A stretch of DNA of 53,901 bases from the NCBI RefSeq assembly GCF_001194135.2, contig NC_068988.1, positions 86,625,117 through 86,679,017 on the forward strand. Direction: 5' to 3'. The DNA is from Octopus bimaculoides. Lineage: Eukaryota. Shown piece after piece: positions 25,551 through 37,519 of this stretch. The notes beneath the pieces are model-generated. The model worked only from the letters and a program-made list of their open reading frames with translations. It searched no databases and had not been told where the DNA came from. Numbering within the stretch: position 1 is the stretch's first letter; each line of letters begins with the position of its first letter. The position numbers were made by a program, and so were the translations under genes.

Positions 25551-25597
25551 CTTCTGTAACTCCAACTAATATATATATATAGTTGGAGTTATAGAAG
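25551..25597. repeat. 18-bp inverted repeat around (AT)n loop
   Basis: cttctgtaactccaacta versus reverse complement of tagttggagttatagaag (17/18). Confidence 0.85.
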
Positions 25598-25725
25598 TGG
25601 CTCTAGGGCTGAAAGCTTTGTGGCTTAGATTATGTATGTTATGCGTGTGACATGCAAACGTACAAAAGACGTAAGTGTAACTGCGTTCAAACGTAACACG
25701 ATTTGGTAACCAAAGCAATCTCTCT

Positions 25726-25804
<79 letters not shown>

Positions 25805-26159
25805 GCTGTAAATGTTCTATACATAAATTATATACAGAGGGAGAAAGAAGCAGGGGTGTCTCTGCGTAAAATGTGCATCTGTCAGTTTTCAATTGTTAAA
25901 GCACGTGTTGCCGGCATCAAGACCGCCATAACTGTCACTGTATGTGACTTTCTTTTGTTAATAACACAACTACACACACACATACATACATATACAGTGA
26001 ACTACACGCTCTCTCCTTCTCCCTCTCTTTTTCTCTCACTCCTTCTCTCTTTCTGAGTTCAAATTTCTTCATAGAAATTTAATACTCACGCGCGCGCTCT
26101 AGTAGTAATAATAATATGCACACATACGTGGATTTTGGCATTTTTGAATGTAGATATCT

Positions 26160-26503
26160 TGTTTTAAATCATTTAGACTGCGGAAATGCTGGGGCACTTC
26201 CTTGGAAGGGTTAGTCGAACAAATCGACCCCCAGTACTTACTTTTCTAAACCTAGTATTCTTTCTATAAGTTCCTTTTTGCCGAGCTTCTGGGTGACTGG
26301 TATATAAACAAACTTACACTGGTTGTCAAGCGGTAGTGGGATACAAACACACTCACGCGTATATGTATTTACACAAACTACTAAATTCGCTCACAAGGCT
26401 TTAGTCGGCCCGCGGCTTTAATAGAAGACACTTCCTTAAGGTGTGTCACGCAGTTGGACCGAACCCAGAACCATGTAGTTAGGAAGTAGACTTCATGCCT
26501 GCC
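26160..26503 (-). mobile_element. SINE H1+Ta (antisense)
   Basis: gtcgaacaaatcgacccccagtac..gcttctgggtgac..ctcacaaggctttagtcggccc..gaagacactt..gaacccagaaccatgt. Confidence 0.75.
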
Positions 26504-27004
26504 TCTGTTTTACTGGTTGCCCTTTGGCTATACCGAAGCTGTTATCGAAGATTTTTAGTCGATTTAAATTATTTTATATATATATACCAGCAATTTTTTT
26601 TAAAGAGGTGAGTGAGTAAATTTAATGCAGAGCCCTTCCATTCCACCAATCCACCCGTCGGCCGTCATACCTCCCACCACACACACACACACACGCTCAT
26701 GCACGCAGACCCTGGTTGGAATCACTGTTTGTGTGTGTGGATTTTTGAACTCTGGGTGTAACTAAATAGTTGAATATATTGTCTGGCACTCCAGCGGTTC
26801 TGACAACCCACCCCCACGTATAGAATAATAATGTTAATTATATAACCCAGTAGACAAACTGACGTGTTTTTTTTTTCTTTAATTTTGGACTTGAAATACT
26901 AATTAAAGTGCAATTATATAATTACGTAGTTATTTGCTGCCACCCGTGTGGCAGATAAAAGAAATAATTATTTTATTCATATTAATCATATTATTCATAT
27001 TGGG

Positions 27005-27614
27005 CCAATAGTTGACTCTCTTGGCAAAGTGGTAAACAAAAATGATTTGTAGTTTTGGGTTCAATTCTTGCCAAAGTCAACAAAAGGTCGAGGAAATAGG
27101 TCCTTACCAGATTGAGTACACGAGGTTGATTTAATCAAGTATACCACTCCACCCCCATCACTGCCAGAAAATTATGGTCTTGCACACATTTTAGAAATAT
27201 CATCGTTGTTGTTAAGATGGCGTACTGGCAGAATTGTTAGCATGCTGAACTAATGCTTAGCAGCATTTTTCTGGCTGTTACATTCTGAGTTCAAATTCCA
27301 CCAAGCTTGACTTTGCCTTTCATCTTTTCAGGGTCAATGAGATAAGTGCCAGTCAAGCACTGATTGACTAGCCCCTTCCAGCCAAATTTCAGGCCTTGTG
27401 CCTATAGTAGAAAGGATTAAAGCAGTGAGCTGGCAGAATCATTAATGTGCTGGACAAAATGCTTAGCTGTATTTCGTTTGCCGTTACCTTCTGAGTTCAA
27501 ATTCTCCCCAAGGCCGATTTCCTTTCAGGGTCGATTAAATAAGTACCTGTTGTGCAATATAATCAACTTAATCCCTTCCCCTAAATTTGAGGCTTTGTGC
27601 TTCCACTAGAAAGA

Positions 27615-27667
<53 letters not shown>

Positions 27668-28290
27668 GGCAGTAAGCTGGCAAAACCGTTAACATGCCAG
27701 GCAAAATGCTTAGCAACATTTCATCCATTTTTACATTCTGGGTTCAAGTCTCGTCAAGGTTGACTTTGCTTTCATCCTTTCAGCGCAAATGAAATAAATA
27801 ACAGTTGATATAATTGACTATTTTCCTTACCTCCATATTTCACACCTTCTGCCTGTAGTAGAAAGGGTTATTTAAGGATTTATGGCTGCGAGCTGGCAGA
27901 ATCGTTAGTACTTTGAACAAAACGCTCAGCAGCATTTCATCCATCATTGTGTTCTGAGTTCAAATTCTGCCAAGGTTGACTTGGCCTTTCATCCTTTGAG
28001 TTGATAGAAATAAGTGCTGGGATCAGTGTATTTGACTATTCCCTCCCTCCAGGTTTCAGGCCTTGTACCTATAATAGGTTGTTGCTGTTGTGATTATTAT
28101 TATTATGATAAGGAAGTTAGGTACCTGGTAGGTCTTCAGAAATTGTGCCTTACCCTTTTTACATTTTGAGTTCAAACTCTCAGGGTTGACTTTAGCTTTT
28201 ATTCTTCTAAGAGGTGACTAGAATAATGACCAGTCTAAGTAAGAAACTGACTCCTCCTTCTTCTGGCCTGTGTTAGAAATTATTTTTTTA
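27005..28290 (+). mobile_element. Head-to-tail array of about six divergent SINE family A copies
   Basis: Units begin near 27005, 27211, 27418, 27665, 27885 and 28110. Each has the gttcaaatt / gactttgcctttcatcctt / aagtacc core. (ATT)n tail at 27615-27665. Confidence 0.85.
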
Positions 28291-28343
28291 CTTGGAGCCT
28301 GAGCTGTTGGCTTTGTTGCTAAACCCCACTTACTCATTGTTAA

Positions 28344-28612
28344 TGCTGAATGACCCATAGCATAGATGTAGGACAGGTCAACTAATTTACATATTTGCTT
28401 TGGTTTGACAAGTGTTTGTGACCTACACTTAGAGGTAGGCCAAGTCAGCTAATACATTGGTGTTGGTTTGACACTTGTGAATGACCCACAGCATAGATGT
28501 AGGTCAGGTCAAAGTAATATATATTGGTATTGGTTTGACAACAGTGAGTGTCCCACATATATTTAAGGTCAGGTCAACTGATTTACATATTTGTTGATTT
28601 GACAACTGAATA
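28344..28612 (+). repeat. Minisatellite, about 62-68-bp unit x4
   Basis: tg(a/t)cc at 28351, 28419, 28482 and 28549; tg(g/a)tttgaca at 28401, 28464, 28531 and 28595. Confidence 0.85.
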
Positions 28613-28658
28613 CTTTTACATCAACACAATGACAGACTCAGCAGATTTTGTATATATA

Positions 28659-28691
<33 letters not shown>

Positions 28692-29320
28692 GTATACATA
28701 TGTATATATTTGAATAAAAGAAGGGTAAAAATATCACTTGCCAAAGGTGAAAGCGAAAGCTTCGAAAACCACCAATCCTATGATAAATACACACACGAGG
28801 CATGCAATGAACACTTTAAAAAATAGGCCTACCTTCAGGATGGAATTTGAAGGTAGTTTACATACCCCAATATCAATTGATTTCATGCTGTGCATGAGAA
28901 AACATGCCTTGCAATTTTCGGTTGGAGACAGCAACATCTATTTCCCAAATAATCACTACTTCAAACCGTGTGCATTTCGAACTTTAAACCTCCCACTCCG
29001 TTGTTCATTGCATGCCTCGTGTGTGTATTTAGCATAAGATTGGTGGTTTTTGAACCTTTCACTTTCATTTTTGGCAAGTGGTACTGTTTACCCTTCTTTT
29101 ATTCAAATATTTAATATTGTACCTATTAAGGTAGAAGTCTTGCTAACCACCTCATTATTGCTGTTTTTAACAGCAATAATGCTTTCATATATATATGTGG
29201 CTTGTGTGTTTTCTCGTCTACGTTTTGTTTGCAATGTCCTGTACCCAAATATGCACCTATACATACAGGTGGATGTCGGTACGCACATACCTGTACGTAT
29301 ATATGCATATACTCATTTAC

Positions 29321-29395
<75 letters not shown>

Positions 29396-29480
29396 GCATT
29401 CACCAGATTCATATGTTATTTGGTGAAGAATTATATGGTCAAAGGTTTGATTCCTGGACAAGGCAGTGTATCACGTCCAT

Positions 29481-29630
29481 TATCATTTAATGCCCACTTT
29501 CTATGCTGGTATGAGTGAGATGGTTTGACAGGAAATGGCAAACTGTAAGGCCATGTCAAGTTCCAATGATATCTTTGCCATAGTTTCTACAGCTGGATGC
29601 CCTTCCTAATGCCAACCACTTTACAGAGTA
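29481..29630 (-). mobile_element. Retroposon 3' fragment with (GAT)n tail (catcat family); other copies at 31071-31212 and 32505-32700
   Basis: Shared catcatttaa..ttccatg..ggttt/ttgac..ttctacagctggatgc(c/t)cttcctaa(c/t)gcca in three places. Confidence 0.75.
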
Positions 29631-30290
29631 TACTGGGGTTGCTGATGCTAATCAGTCATGGGTGAAGTGATGGAGAAGCTGCTTTTTTTTTTTCCTTTCT
29701 TAATGTTGAATCTGTTTACATTCAAAACCCTCTCAGCAATACACACACACACACACACACACACATTTGCTAACATCTTTCATTGAACTCATTGGACTGT
29801 AGCTGTGTTGGGGGACTGCCTTCAAGAGTTCAAACAGATCAACCCAGTATTTATAATTTTAATTTTTTTTTTTCTGAGTCTGGTACTTGTTCTGTTGTCT
29901 GTTTTGCTNNNNNNNNNNNNNNNNNNNNNNNNNNNNNNNNNNNNNNNNNNNNNNNNNNNNNNNNNNNNNNNNNNNNNNNNNNNNNNNNNNNNNNNNNNNN
30001 NNNNNNNNNNNNNNNNNNNNNNNNNNNNNNNNNNNNNNNNNNNNNNNNNNNNNNNNNNNNNNNNNNNNNNNNNNNNNNNNNNNNNNNNNNNNNNNNNNNN
30101 NNNNNNNNNNNNNNNNNNNNNNNNNNNNNNNNNNNNNNNNNNNNNNNNNNNNNNNNNNNNNNNNNNNNNNNNNNNNNNNNNNNNNNNNNNNNNNNNNNNN
30201 NNNNNNNNNNNNNNNNNNNNNNNNNNNNNNNNNNNNNNNNNNNNNNNNNNNNNNNNNNNNNNNNNNNNNNNNNNNNNNNNATATATATTG

Positions 30291-30597
30291 TGATGGTGCA
30301 GGACTTAGTGGTTAGGGTGTTGCACTCACAATTGCAAAATCATGGTTTTGATTCCAAGGCCGTGAGCAGAGCACTTCATTTCACGTTGCTCTGTGATCAT
30401 TTCATCATCTGACATGTGACACATGGTGCACCTGTACAGGTAATGTTGATTTGATGGAGGGAGTGAGGTTATGTGAACACAAACATTTGATCATTATATA
30501 CAAATCATCTATGTGTTTTTTTTTTCTGTTTTTTTTTTTTTTGCAAGAAATTGCCGAACGCTCATATGTTGTCTAATGACAGGAGAGTCCGATTATA
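30291..30597 (+). mobile_element. SINE head H2 with distinct tail
   Basis: ggacttagtggttagggtgttgcactcaca..ttttgattcc..cacttcatttcacgttgctc, followed by a tail unlike that of other H2 copies. Confidence 0.65.
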
Positions 30598-30895
30598 TAT
30601 TTGTATATGAAATAGTGATTGAAGGTAGTGATTCACATTAATGCTTACTTTATTGCTTATTGCCAACTACAGCAAGGTAAACATTTTTCTGACGAATGTA
30701 ACTAAATGAATCTCCAACTTGAAACAAATATTGTGAGATTGGAGTGTAGTTATGTTTTCATTTTCTTCTGTATTAGTGTAAAGAGACTGGTGTCATCATA
30801 ATTCCAGAATCTGTTCTCGTTAGTTCTTCTGTTGTATTTCTGTTGAAATACACCTTGTTTCTGTAAACTATGAAATTAGTAAAGAATTTTGTTAA

Positions 30896-31247
30896 CCCTT
30901 TAAGTATTTAAATTAGCCATATCTGGCCCAATTATCCTACCTGTTTATGTTCAAACCAGTCAGATTTGATTTCTCACGCATACCCTGCAATGTCATTCTA
31001 TAAATATAAAATCACATCATCAAAATCTCGAAGCTATCAGATAGTGAGTGCATGATTAATTCAATACAATCATCATCATCATCATCATCGTTTAACGTCC
31101 GCTTTCCATGGGTTGGACGATTTGACTGAGGACTGGTGAACTGAATGGCTACACCAGGCTCCAATCTGATTTGGCAGAATTTCTACAGCTGGATGCTCTT
31201 CCTAACGCCATCCCCACATTTGACAGAATAATCTGAATACTAAGGGA
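30896..31247. mobile_element. piggyBac-like MITE (TTAA-flanked) carrying a retroposon insert at 31071-31212
   Basis: TTAA at 30892-30895 and 31248-31251; imperfect termini ccctttaagtatt / reverse complement tcccttagtatt. Confidence 0.6.
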
Positions 31248-31759
31248 TTAAACAATTTTATTGTTATGAAAGCAAGTGTTTGGAGCTTAATTTTGCATGA
31301 AATTTTGGTAGATTTAGAACTAAGGTTGGCTTTAGGCTGGTTGCTATCTTCTTGCAGTAGTCACTCTTGATTCTGGTAGAAACTGTAAAAGCTAAGAAAA
31401 TTAAAGATATTTAGCATTGGCAAAAATTAAGGTGAATAGTTCCAGGAGTTGGGTATGTTTTATGTGAATGTTTGTGGAGTGTGTTTTATAGTATGAGTTA
31501 TAACTTGTTCTTTGGTGAAATAGAGAAAAAAAAGGTTTTTTTATACTACTAGCATTCGAAATCATGTGGATATACTTCCTTGTGCCACTAGCTAATATCC
31601 ATATGTCTTGCTCTTTTCTTAATCCTTTTAATGCTGTCTTTTGTTTCAAAATTTCGAAAATAATGAACTTTTATCAAATGACTTTGGAAAACAGTGATTG
31701 ACAGAATTGATAGACCATCAGACAGGAATGCCTTGCAGTATTTATGGTTTTTTTTTGTT

Positions 31760-32010
31760 TTTGTGAGTTTAAATTTTGCCATGGTCAACTTTGTAAGTTA
31801 TCATCCCAGGATGGATAAAGTACCAGTCAAGTACAAGTGTCAATTTAATCAGTCCACCTCCCCTCTAAATTCTTGGTCTTCAAAATCAATTATTATTAAG
31901 GTGGCAAATTGGCAAACTTATTAGTGTCAGATGGCATATTTTACGTTATTGTTCTGGTTCTTTACATTTACAGTTCAAATCCTACCAAGGTCAGTTTTGC
32001 CTTTAATCCC
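31760..32010 (+). mobile_element. SINE family A fragments (3' half then 5' half, tandem)
   Basis: gataaagtaccagtcaag..aatcagtcc..ctaaattc, then taaggtggcaaattggc..gttcaaatcctaccaaggtcagttttgcc. Confidence 0.65.
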
Positions 32011-32139
32011 TTCAGTTCCTTTAGCAGAGTCCACTCTGTCACAAGTAGGCAAGGTCTCTGATCTGAAGGCAAATTCTCTTCCTCTTCTTCCTAGTTGCAG
32101 AAGTTCCAAAAAGTATCGTCCACTGCTTTTTCCCCTCTG

Positions 32140-33200
32140 ACAGAGCCCTTCCTTTTGGCCAAGTGTTCCTCTGCTACAAGCTCACCCAAAAACCTTGTGA
32201 ATGAATTTGGTAGATGGAAACTGATCATGTGTGTGCACATGCATGGTTGTGTATGTTTGTGATTCCTTGTCTTGACATCATGTGATAGTTTGAATTAAGC
32301 ATCATTTCATACAAGTAGTGTCTTTTGTTTTTAGTCTTGCCATTAGGGATATATTAGCTTGGAAACAGATGCGGGTTGCAACATAGAAATCTGCCTCAAC
32401 AAATTCTGTTTGACTTGTACAAGCATGCAAAATGGATGTAAAATGGTGATGATGATGATAACAATTTGTCAGTTTCCTCTCCTTACAGAAATGGCTGAAT
32501 TTGTAGTCATTGTCATCATTATCATTTAATGTTCGTTTTCCATGCTAGCATGGGTTAGGTAGTTTGACTGGAACTGATAAATAAGCTTGAGAGCTGCACC
32601 AGGTTCCAGTCTAATTTGGTATGGTTTCTATGACTGGATGCCCTTCCTAATACCAACCACTCCAAGAGTGTAATGGGTGCTTTTATGTGACACCATCATT
32701 GGCCATGATTACAATTTCACTTGGCTTGATGAAAAAAAATGCCTGGGGCTTTGGGTTTAAATCTCAGAGAAATCAACTTCAATTTTTATTCTTCTGGGGA
32801 CAATGAAATGAGTACCAATCATATGGAATTAATTTAATCAAACGATATAATGCTACTCTACAGCTGGGGCTTTGTAGTTAACAAGCTTCCCAACTGTGTG
32901 GTTTCAGGTTCAGTCCCACTGTGCAGTACTTAGGCAGGTGTCTTGGCCAACCAAAGCCTTCTGAGTTGATTTGGTAGTTGGAAACTGAAAGAAGCCCAAT
33001 ATATATATATATATATATATGTACCCATGTCTTGACATCGCATGGTGGTTGTGAGCATCACTGATATGCAGGCAGTGTTATTTATTTCCATTCTCTTGTG
33101 AAACACATCTTGCTTGGAATCAAGTGAAGGTTGGTAACAGGATGGGCAGCCATCTGTAGAAAGTCTTCAACAAATTCCATTTGACCCACGCATGGAAAAG
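32140..33200 (+). mobile_element. Two H1 SINEs with alternative tail Tb (32140-32460, 32860-33200) around an antisense catcat-family copy
   Basis: H1 core aagccttgtga..ttggtagatggaaactga followed by ccttgtcttgacatc..aaattc..gcatg(g)aaaa..gatgatgat rather than tail Ta. Confidence 0.7.
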
Positions 33201-33260
33201 GACTTTGGAATGCTCATGCTGAAGGTACCCTAATGTTAATATCAGGAATTATTACTATGA

Positions 33261-33600
33261 TGGTGCATGGCTCAGTGATTAGAGCATTCAGCTCACAATC
33301 ATGAGGTTGTGAGTTCGATTTCCAGACTGAGTTGAACATGTTTTTGATCCAGACACTCTTTCACGTTTCTCCAGTTCACTCATCTGTAGAAATGAGTTGT
33401 GACATCAATGGTGCCAAACTGTATCAGCCTTTGCCTTTCCCTTGGAGAACATCGGTGGCCTGGTGAGGGGAAGCTGGTGTGTATAGGTGACTGCTGGTCT
33501 TCCATAAACAACCTTGCCCAGATTTGTGCCTCGAAAGGGTAACTTTCTAGGTGCAATCTCATGGTCGTTCATGACCAAATGGGGTTTTTACCTTTTTACA
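33261..33600 (+). mobile_element. tRNA-derived SINE, head H2 with CORE-like centre
   Basis: A-box tggctcagtga (33268), B-box gagttcgatttcc (33311), ccagttcactcatctgtagaaatgag resembling the MIR/CORE cagtttcctcatctgtaaaatg, tail ending ttttacctttttac. Confidence 0.75.
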
Positions 33601-33936
33601 TTGTGTTGGGATGAAATTTGTCTTGCAAGTATTTTAGTTACATACCAGTGTTGACTCAATCCTTTCATTACCATATTTCTATTGATATACACTGTATTCG
33701 TTTCAATTAATTTTGAAAATAATAAAGAATCTAGTAAGTTAGTTTTTAGAACATAAATTAACATGAATTTTGATAAAACGGAAAGATAGTATTGCAGAAC
33801 TAAGAGCAGTCTCAAGGAGGTTGGTAATAAAAGAAGTTGAGCTTTTCATCTTTCCTTATTTGATAAAGTATTACTTAAATTTATTTTCTTTGTATTTATC
33901 CTCATTAATATTTTCTTTTCTTTTTTTCTTTTTCAG

Positions 33937-34296
33937 TAACCAAGATCAAAGCAGAGCCCAGTGTAGATCCATTAACGACATACTCCACATACAACAACCA
34001 TCATCATCACCACCACCATCATCACCAACATCACCACCACCACCATATGAACTTACCACTGAAGTCTGTTGCTATAAAAGAGGAGACCTTGTTATTGCCA
34101 GATCAGATCTGTAGCACTCCGATAGACCCTCCATTTTCTCGGCAGATCAAGCCCTTTGCCAAGCTCTCACCACTTCAACCTGTCGTTGAAAATCCCACAA
34201 ATTCTGTCATTGCCTCACGTGTAGTGCCTTCTGCAAAGTCTACAGCAGCAGTAGCAGCAACGCCCCGAGAAAAGAATGTGATTGCCTGTGAGGACA
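33937..34296 (+). CDS. Coding exon of a probable transcription regulator (phase-1 acceptor), continues into gap 34297-35291
   Basis: Long polypyrimidine tract + ttcAG (33935-33936). 119 stop-free codons from 33939: TKIKAEPSVDPLTTYSTYNN-H9QH6-MNLPLKSVAIKEETLLLPDQICSTPIDPPFSRQIKPFAKLSPLQPVVENPTNSVIASRVVPSAKSTAAVAATPREKNVIACED. Two psi-K-x-E motifs. Confidence 0.75.
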
Positions 34297-35291
34297 NNNN
34301 NNNNNNNNNNNNNNNNNNNNNNNNNNNNNNNNNNNNNNNNNNNNNNNNNNNNNNNNNNNNNNNNNNNNNNNNNNNNNNNNNNNNNNNNNNNNNNNNNNNN
34401 NNNNNNNNNNNNNNNNNNNNNNNNNNNNNNNNNNNNNNNNNNNNNNNNNNNNNNNNNNNNNNNNNNNNNNNNNNNNNNNNNNNNNNNNNNNNNNNNNNNN
34501 NNNNNNNNNNNNNNNNNNNNNNNNNNNNNNNNNNNNNNNNNNNNNNNNNNNNNNNNNNNNNNNNNNNNNNNNNNNNNNNNNNNNNNNNNNNNNNNNNNNN
34601 NNNNNNNNNNNNNNNNNNNNNNNNNNNNNNNNNNNNNNNNNNNNNNNNNNNNNNNNNNNNNNNNNNNNNNNNNNNNNNNNNNNNNNNNNNNNNNNNNNNN
34701 NNNNNNNNNNNNNNNNNNNNNNNNNNNNNNNNNNNNNNNNNNNNNNNNNNNNNNNNNNNNNNNNNNNNNNNNNNNNNNNNNNNNNNNNNNNNNNNNNNNN
34801 NNNNNNNNNNNNNNNNNNNNNNNNNNNNNNNNNNNNNNNNNNNNNNNNNNNNNNNNNNNNNNNNNNNNNNNNNNNNNNNNNNNNNNNNNNNNNNNNNNNN
34901 NNNNNNNNNNNNNNNNNNNNNNNNNNNNNNNNNNNNNNNNNNNNNNNNNNNNNNNNNNNNNNNNNNNNNNNNNNNNNNNNNNNNNNNNNNNNNNNNNNNN
35001 NNNNNNNNNNNNNNNNNNNNNNNNNNNNNNNNNNNNNNNNNNNNNNNNNNNNNNNNNNNNNNNNNNNNNNNNNNNNNNNNNNNNNNNNNNNNNNNNNNNN
35101 NNNNNNNNNNNNNNNNNNNNNNNNNNNNNNNNNNNNNNNNNNNNNNNNNNNNNNNNNNNNNNNNNNNNNNNNNNNNNNNNNNNNNNNNNNNNNNNNNNNN
35201 NNNNNNNNNNNNNNNNNNNNNNNNNNNNNNNNNNNNNNNNNNNNNNNNNNNNNNNNNNNNNNNNNNNNNNNNNNNNNNNNNNNNNNNNNNN

Positions 35292-36990
35292 CCCGTTTCC
35301 CTTCCCCTCTTTTATATGCATACATATATATTTTGTAAAAAAAAAAAATGAAAAGGTTGTATAACAAAATAGATGGAATCCCCACCCATCCCCTCAAAAA
35401 TCTTATCAAGTCCTCATCCTTCATCCCCTCTCTTCAATACTAATGGGAAGGACCTCAAGGTGGTATTATTATTATTATTATTACTACCACAAAAAAATTA
35501 TACACCCTTCATATAAAGTCTTACCTACAGACATTTCTTAGACTCTCTCCAACATTCAATTTATTTTTTTTTAATTTTGTAAATTTTTTAAAAAATCTAT
35601 ACACATTACTAAAAAAAAAATTATTTAAAAAAAAAAAACAAATTCGGGTGAAGAAAACCTATTGTGTCAGAAGCAAAGTTTTGTAGTGAGGTGAAAGGTC
35701 ACCTTATTTTTTACACACTCCTTTTCCTCCCCCCACCCAACATGTCATTTTAGTCATCTTGGCCCAATCATTCTACCACCTGCTAGTCTACCTCTCATAT
35801 CATTTATCACTGCAGGTTGAATACTATTCATTCTGATCCTCTAAAAAGACAAAGAAAAAAATTCCTTATTAAACATTTATTTATAAAAACTTTATTATTA
35901 TTATTAACAGCAGCAAAGCAGTGAGCTGGCAATATCATTTGTGTATCAGATAAAAATGCTTAGCAGCTCTTCTTTACATTCTGGGTTCAAATTCTGTCAT
36001 GATCAACTTCACCTTTCATCCTTTCAGAGTCAATAAATTGAGTACTAGTCAAGTACTAACGTCAGTGTAATCGACGTGCCCCCTCCCCTCAAAATTACTG
36101 GCCTTGCAGCAATACTAGAATGGGTTAGTAGTACTAGTAAAGGGTGGAAAGGTTGCAGAATTGTTAGTGTTGGGGGCAAAAAAGATGCTTTGCAATATTT
36201 ATTCCAGCTCTGCATTCTGAGTTCAAATCCTGCTGAAGTCAGCTTTCCCTTTTATTCCTCCAGGGTTGATGCATTGACTAACCCCTCTTCCCCAGATTTC
36301 AGGTGTTGTGCCTTTGCTATATACTACAAACAAAAGGGCAGTGGGGTTTCAGATTTGTAAGGATAACAGAAAAAAAAGTTGCTTAGCATCATTCATTCCG
36401 GCTCTTTACATTCTGAGTTCAAGTCTTGCTGGGGCTGATCTTACCATTCATCCTTTCAGGCTTTGTACCTATGGTAGAAAGTATTATTGCTAGAACATTT
36501 AGTAGTTAAGTCCATTTACATTGACTGTGAGCTTCATTTTGCTGTTCATTCATCTGGCTTTCATAAAATGTGCTGCCAAAGCATTGTAAGGTTGATCTAA
36601 TTCACTTTACCCAACCACTCACTCTGGGCCCACTGCCAAATATATGACCTAGTGCCTATATTTTAAAGATCATTTTTATCATAATCAACATATTAGTGTT
36701 ATGTCTGCATGTTATCATTATTTTGACCTTTTAAAAGCACAGACCTCAAGAAACAAGGGCCTATCTTTCACTCAGACTTATATTTTAATCTCACCTGAAA
36801 CTGATGAAACTCATACAAAAAATAAAACTTGTCCCCAAAACATTTCAATTTTTTTTTTTTTTCCACCCCATCATAACCCCAGATTTTATCTTTCATTTCT
36901 CCAAGAAATATTTACTATTCAGAATTTCCTAAACAACATTAATTTTAAGAATAATAATTTTTAATATTAATAAAAATAGACTTCTTTCTA
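35292..36990 (+). other. Possible 3' UTR; AATAAA at 36821 and 36969
   Basis: AU-rich sequence after the gap that holds the end of the exon; U-rich tract follows 36974. The stop codon is not visible. Confidence 0.3.
35920..36490 (+). mobile_element. Three tandem SINE family A copies
   Basis: Three successive ttagc..ttacattctg(a/g)gttcaa..catcctttc units. Confidence 0.8.
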
Positions 36991-37519
36991 TTTATTTAAA
37001 TTTGCTTTTCATTTATGTATATTATATTCAGATATTTTTAGTCTTTTAATGTGTGTTATCGCTTTATCTTTGTGAAGATTGGTGTTTAGCACCAAGTACA
37101 AATGTTAAGGAGGCAGGTGAATCATATCACATTTAAGGGTTCTTGTTATTGTTGGTCAGTCAAGGGTTATTGAAGATGTCCCTCAAACATTCATACACTG
37201 AAGGATTTTGAGTGCTGTGGTTACCATATTTTCCAGCATACAAGTTGATGTATATTTATAGTGTAAACATGTGGTGAGGCAACATCACTATATTTCCTTC
37301 CAAATTCTGGAATTTTCGGTCTGAAAAATTCGATTTGTGTGTCAGAGGTTACAGTGACACAAATTTCAAAGACAATAAATCTTGCCGCACCACAGTTGAA
37401 ATTCCTGCAGTTTGTAAGTGAATCCTTTCAGCCCTTTTGTTGCCAAATTTCTGTTGAAATATTGTTTTTGTTTCATCTCATTTTGAAAATAATTTAGGAA
37501 AATAACTCGTTGAGTTTAA

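Noticed and set aside
27005-28612. CRISPR-like or tRNA-cluster reading of the regular arrays
   Set aside because: The units are about 200-bp SINEs and a 65-bp minisatellite with no constant short repeat and unique spacers; there are no cas genes and the context is eukaryotic.
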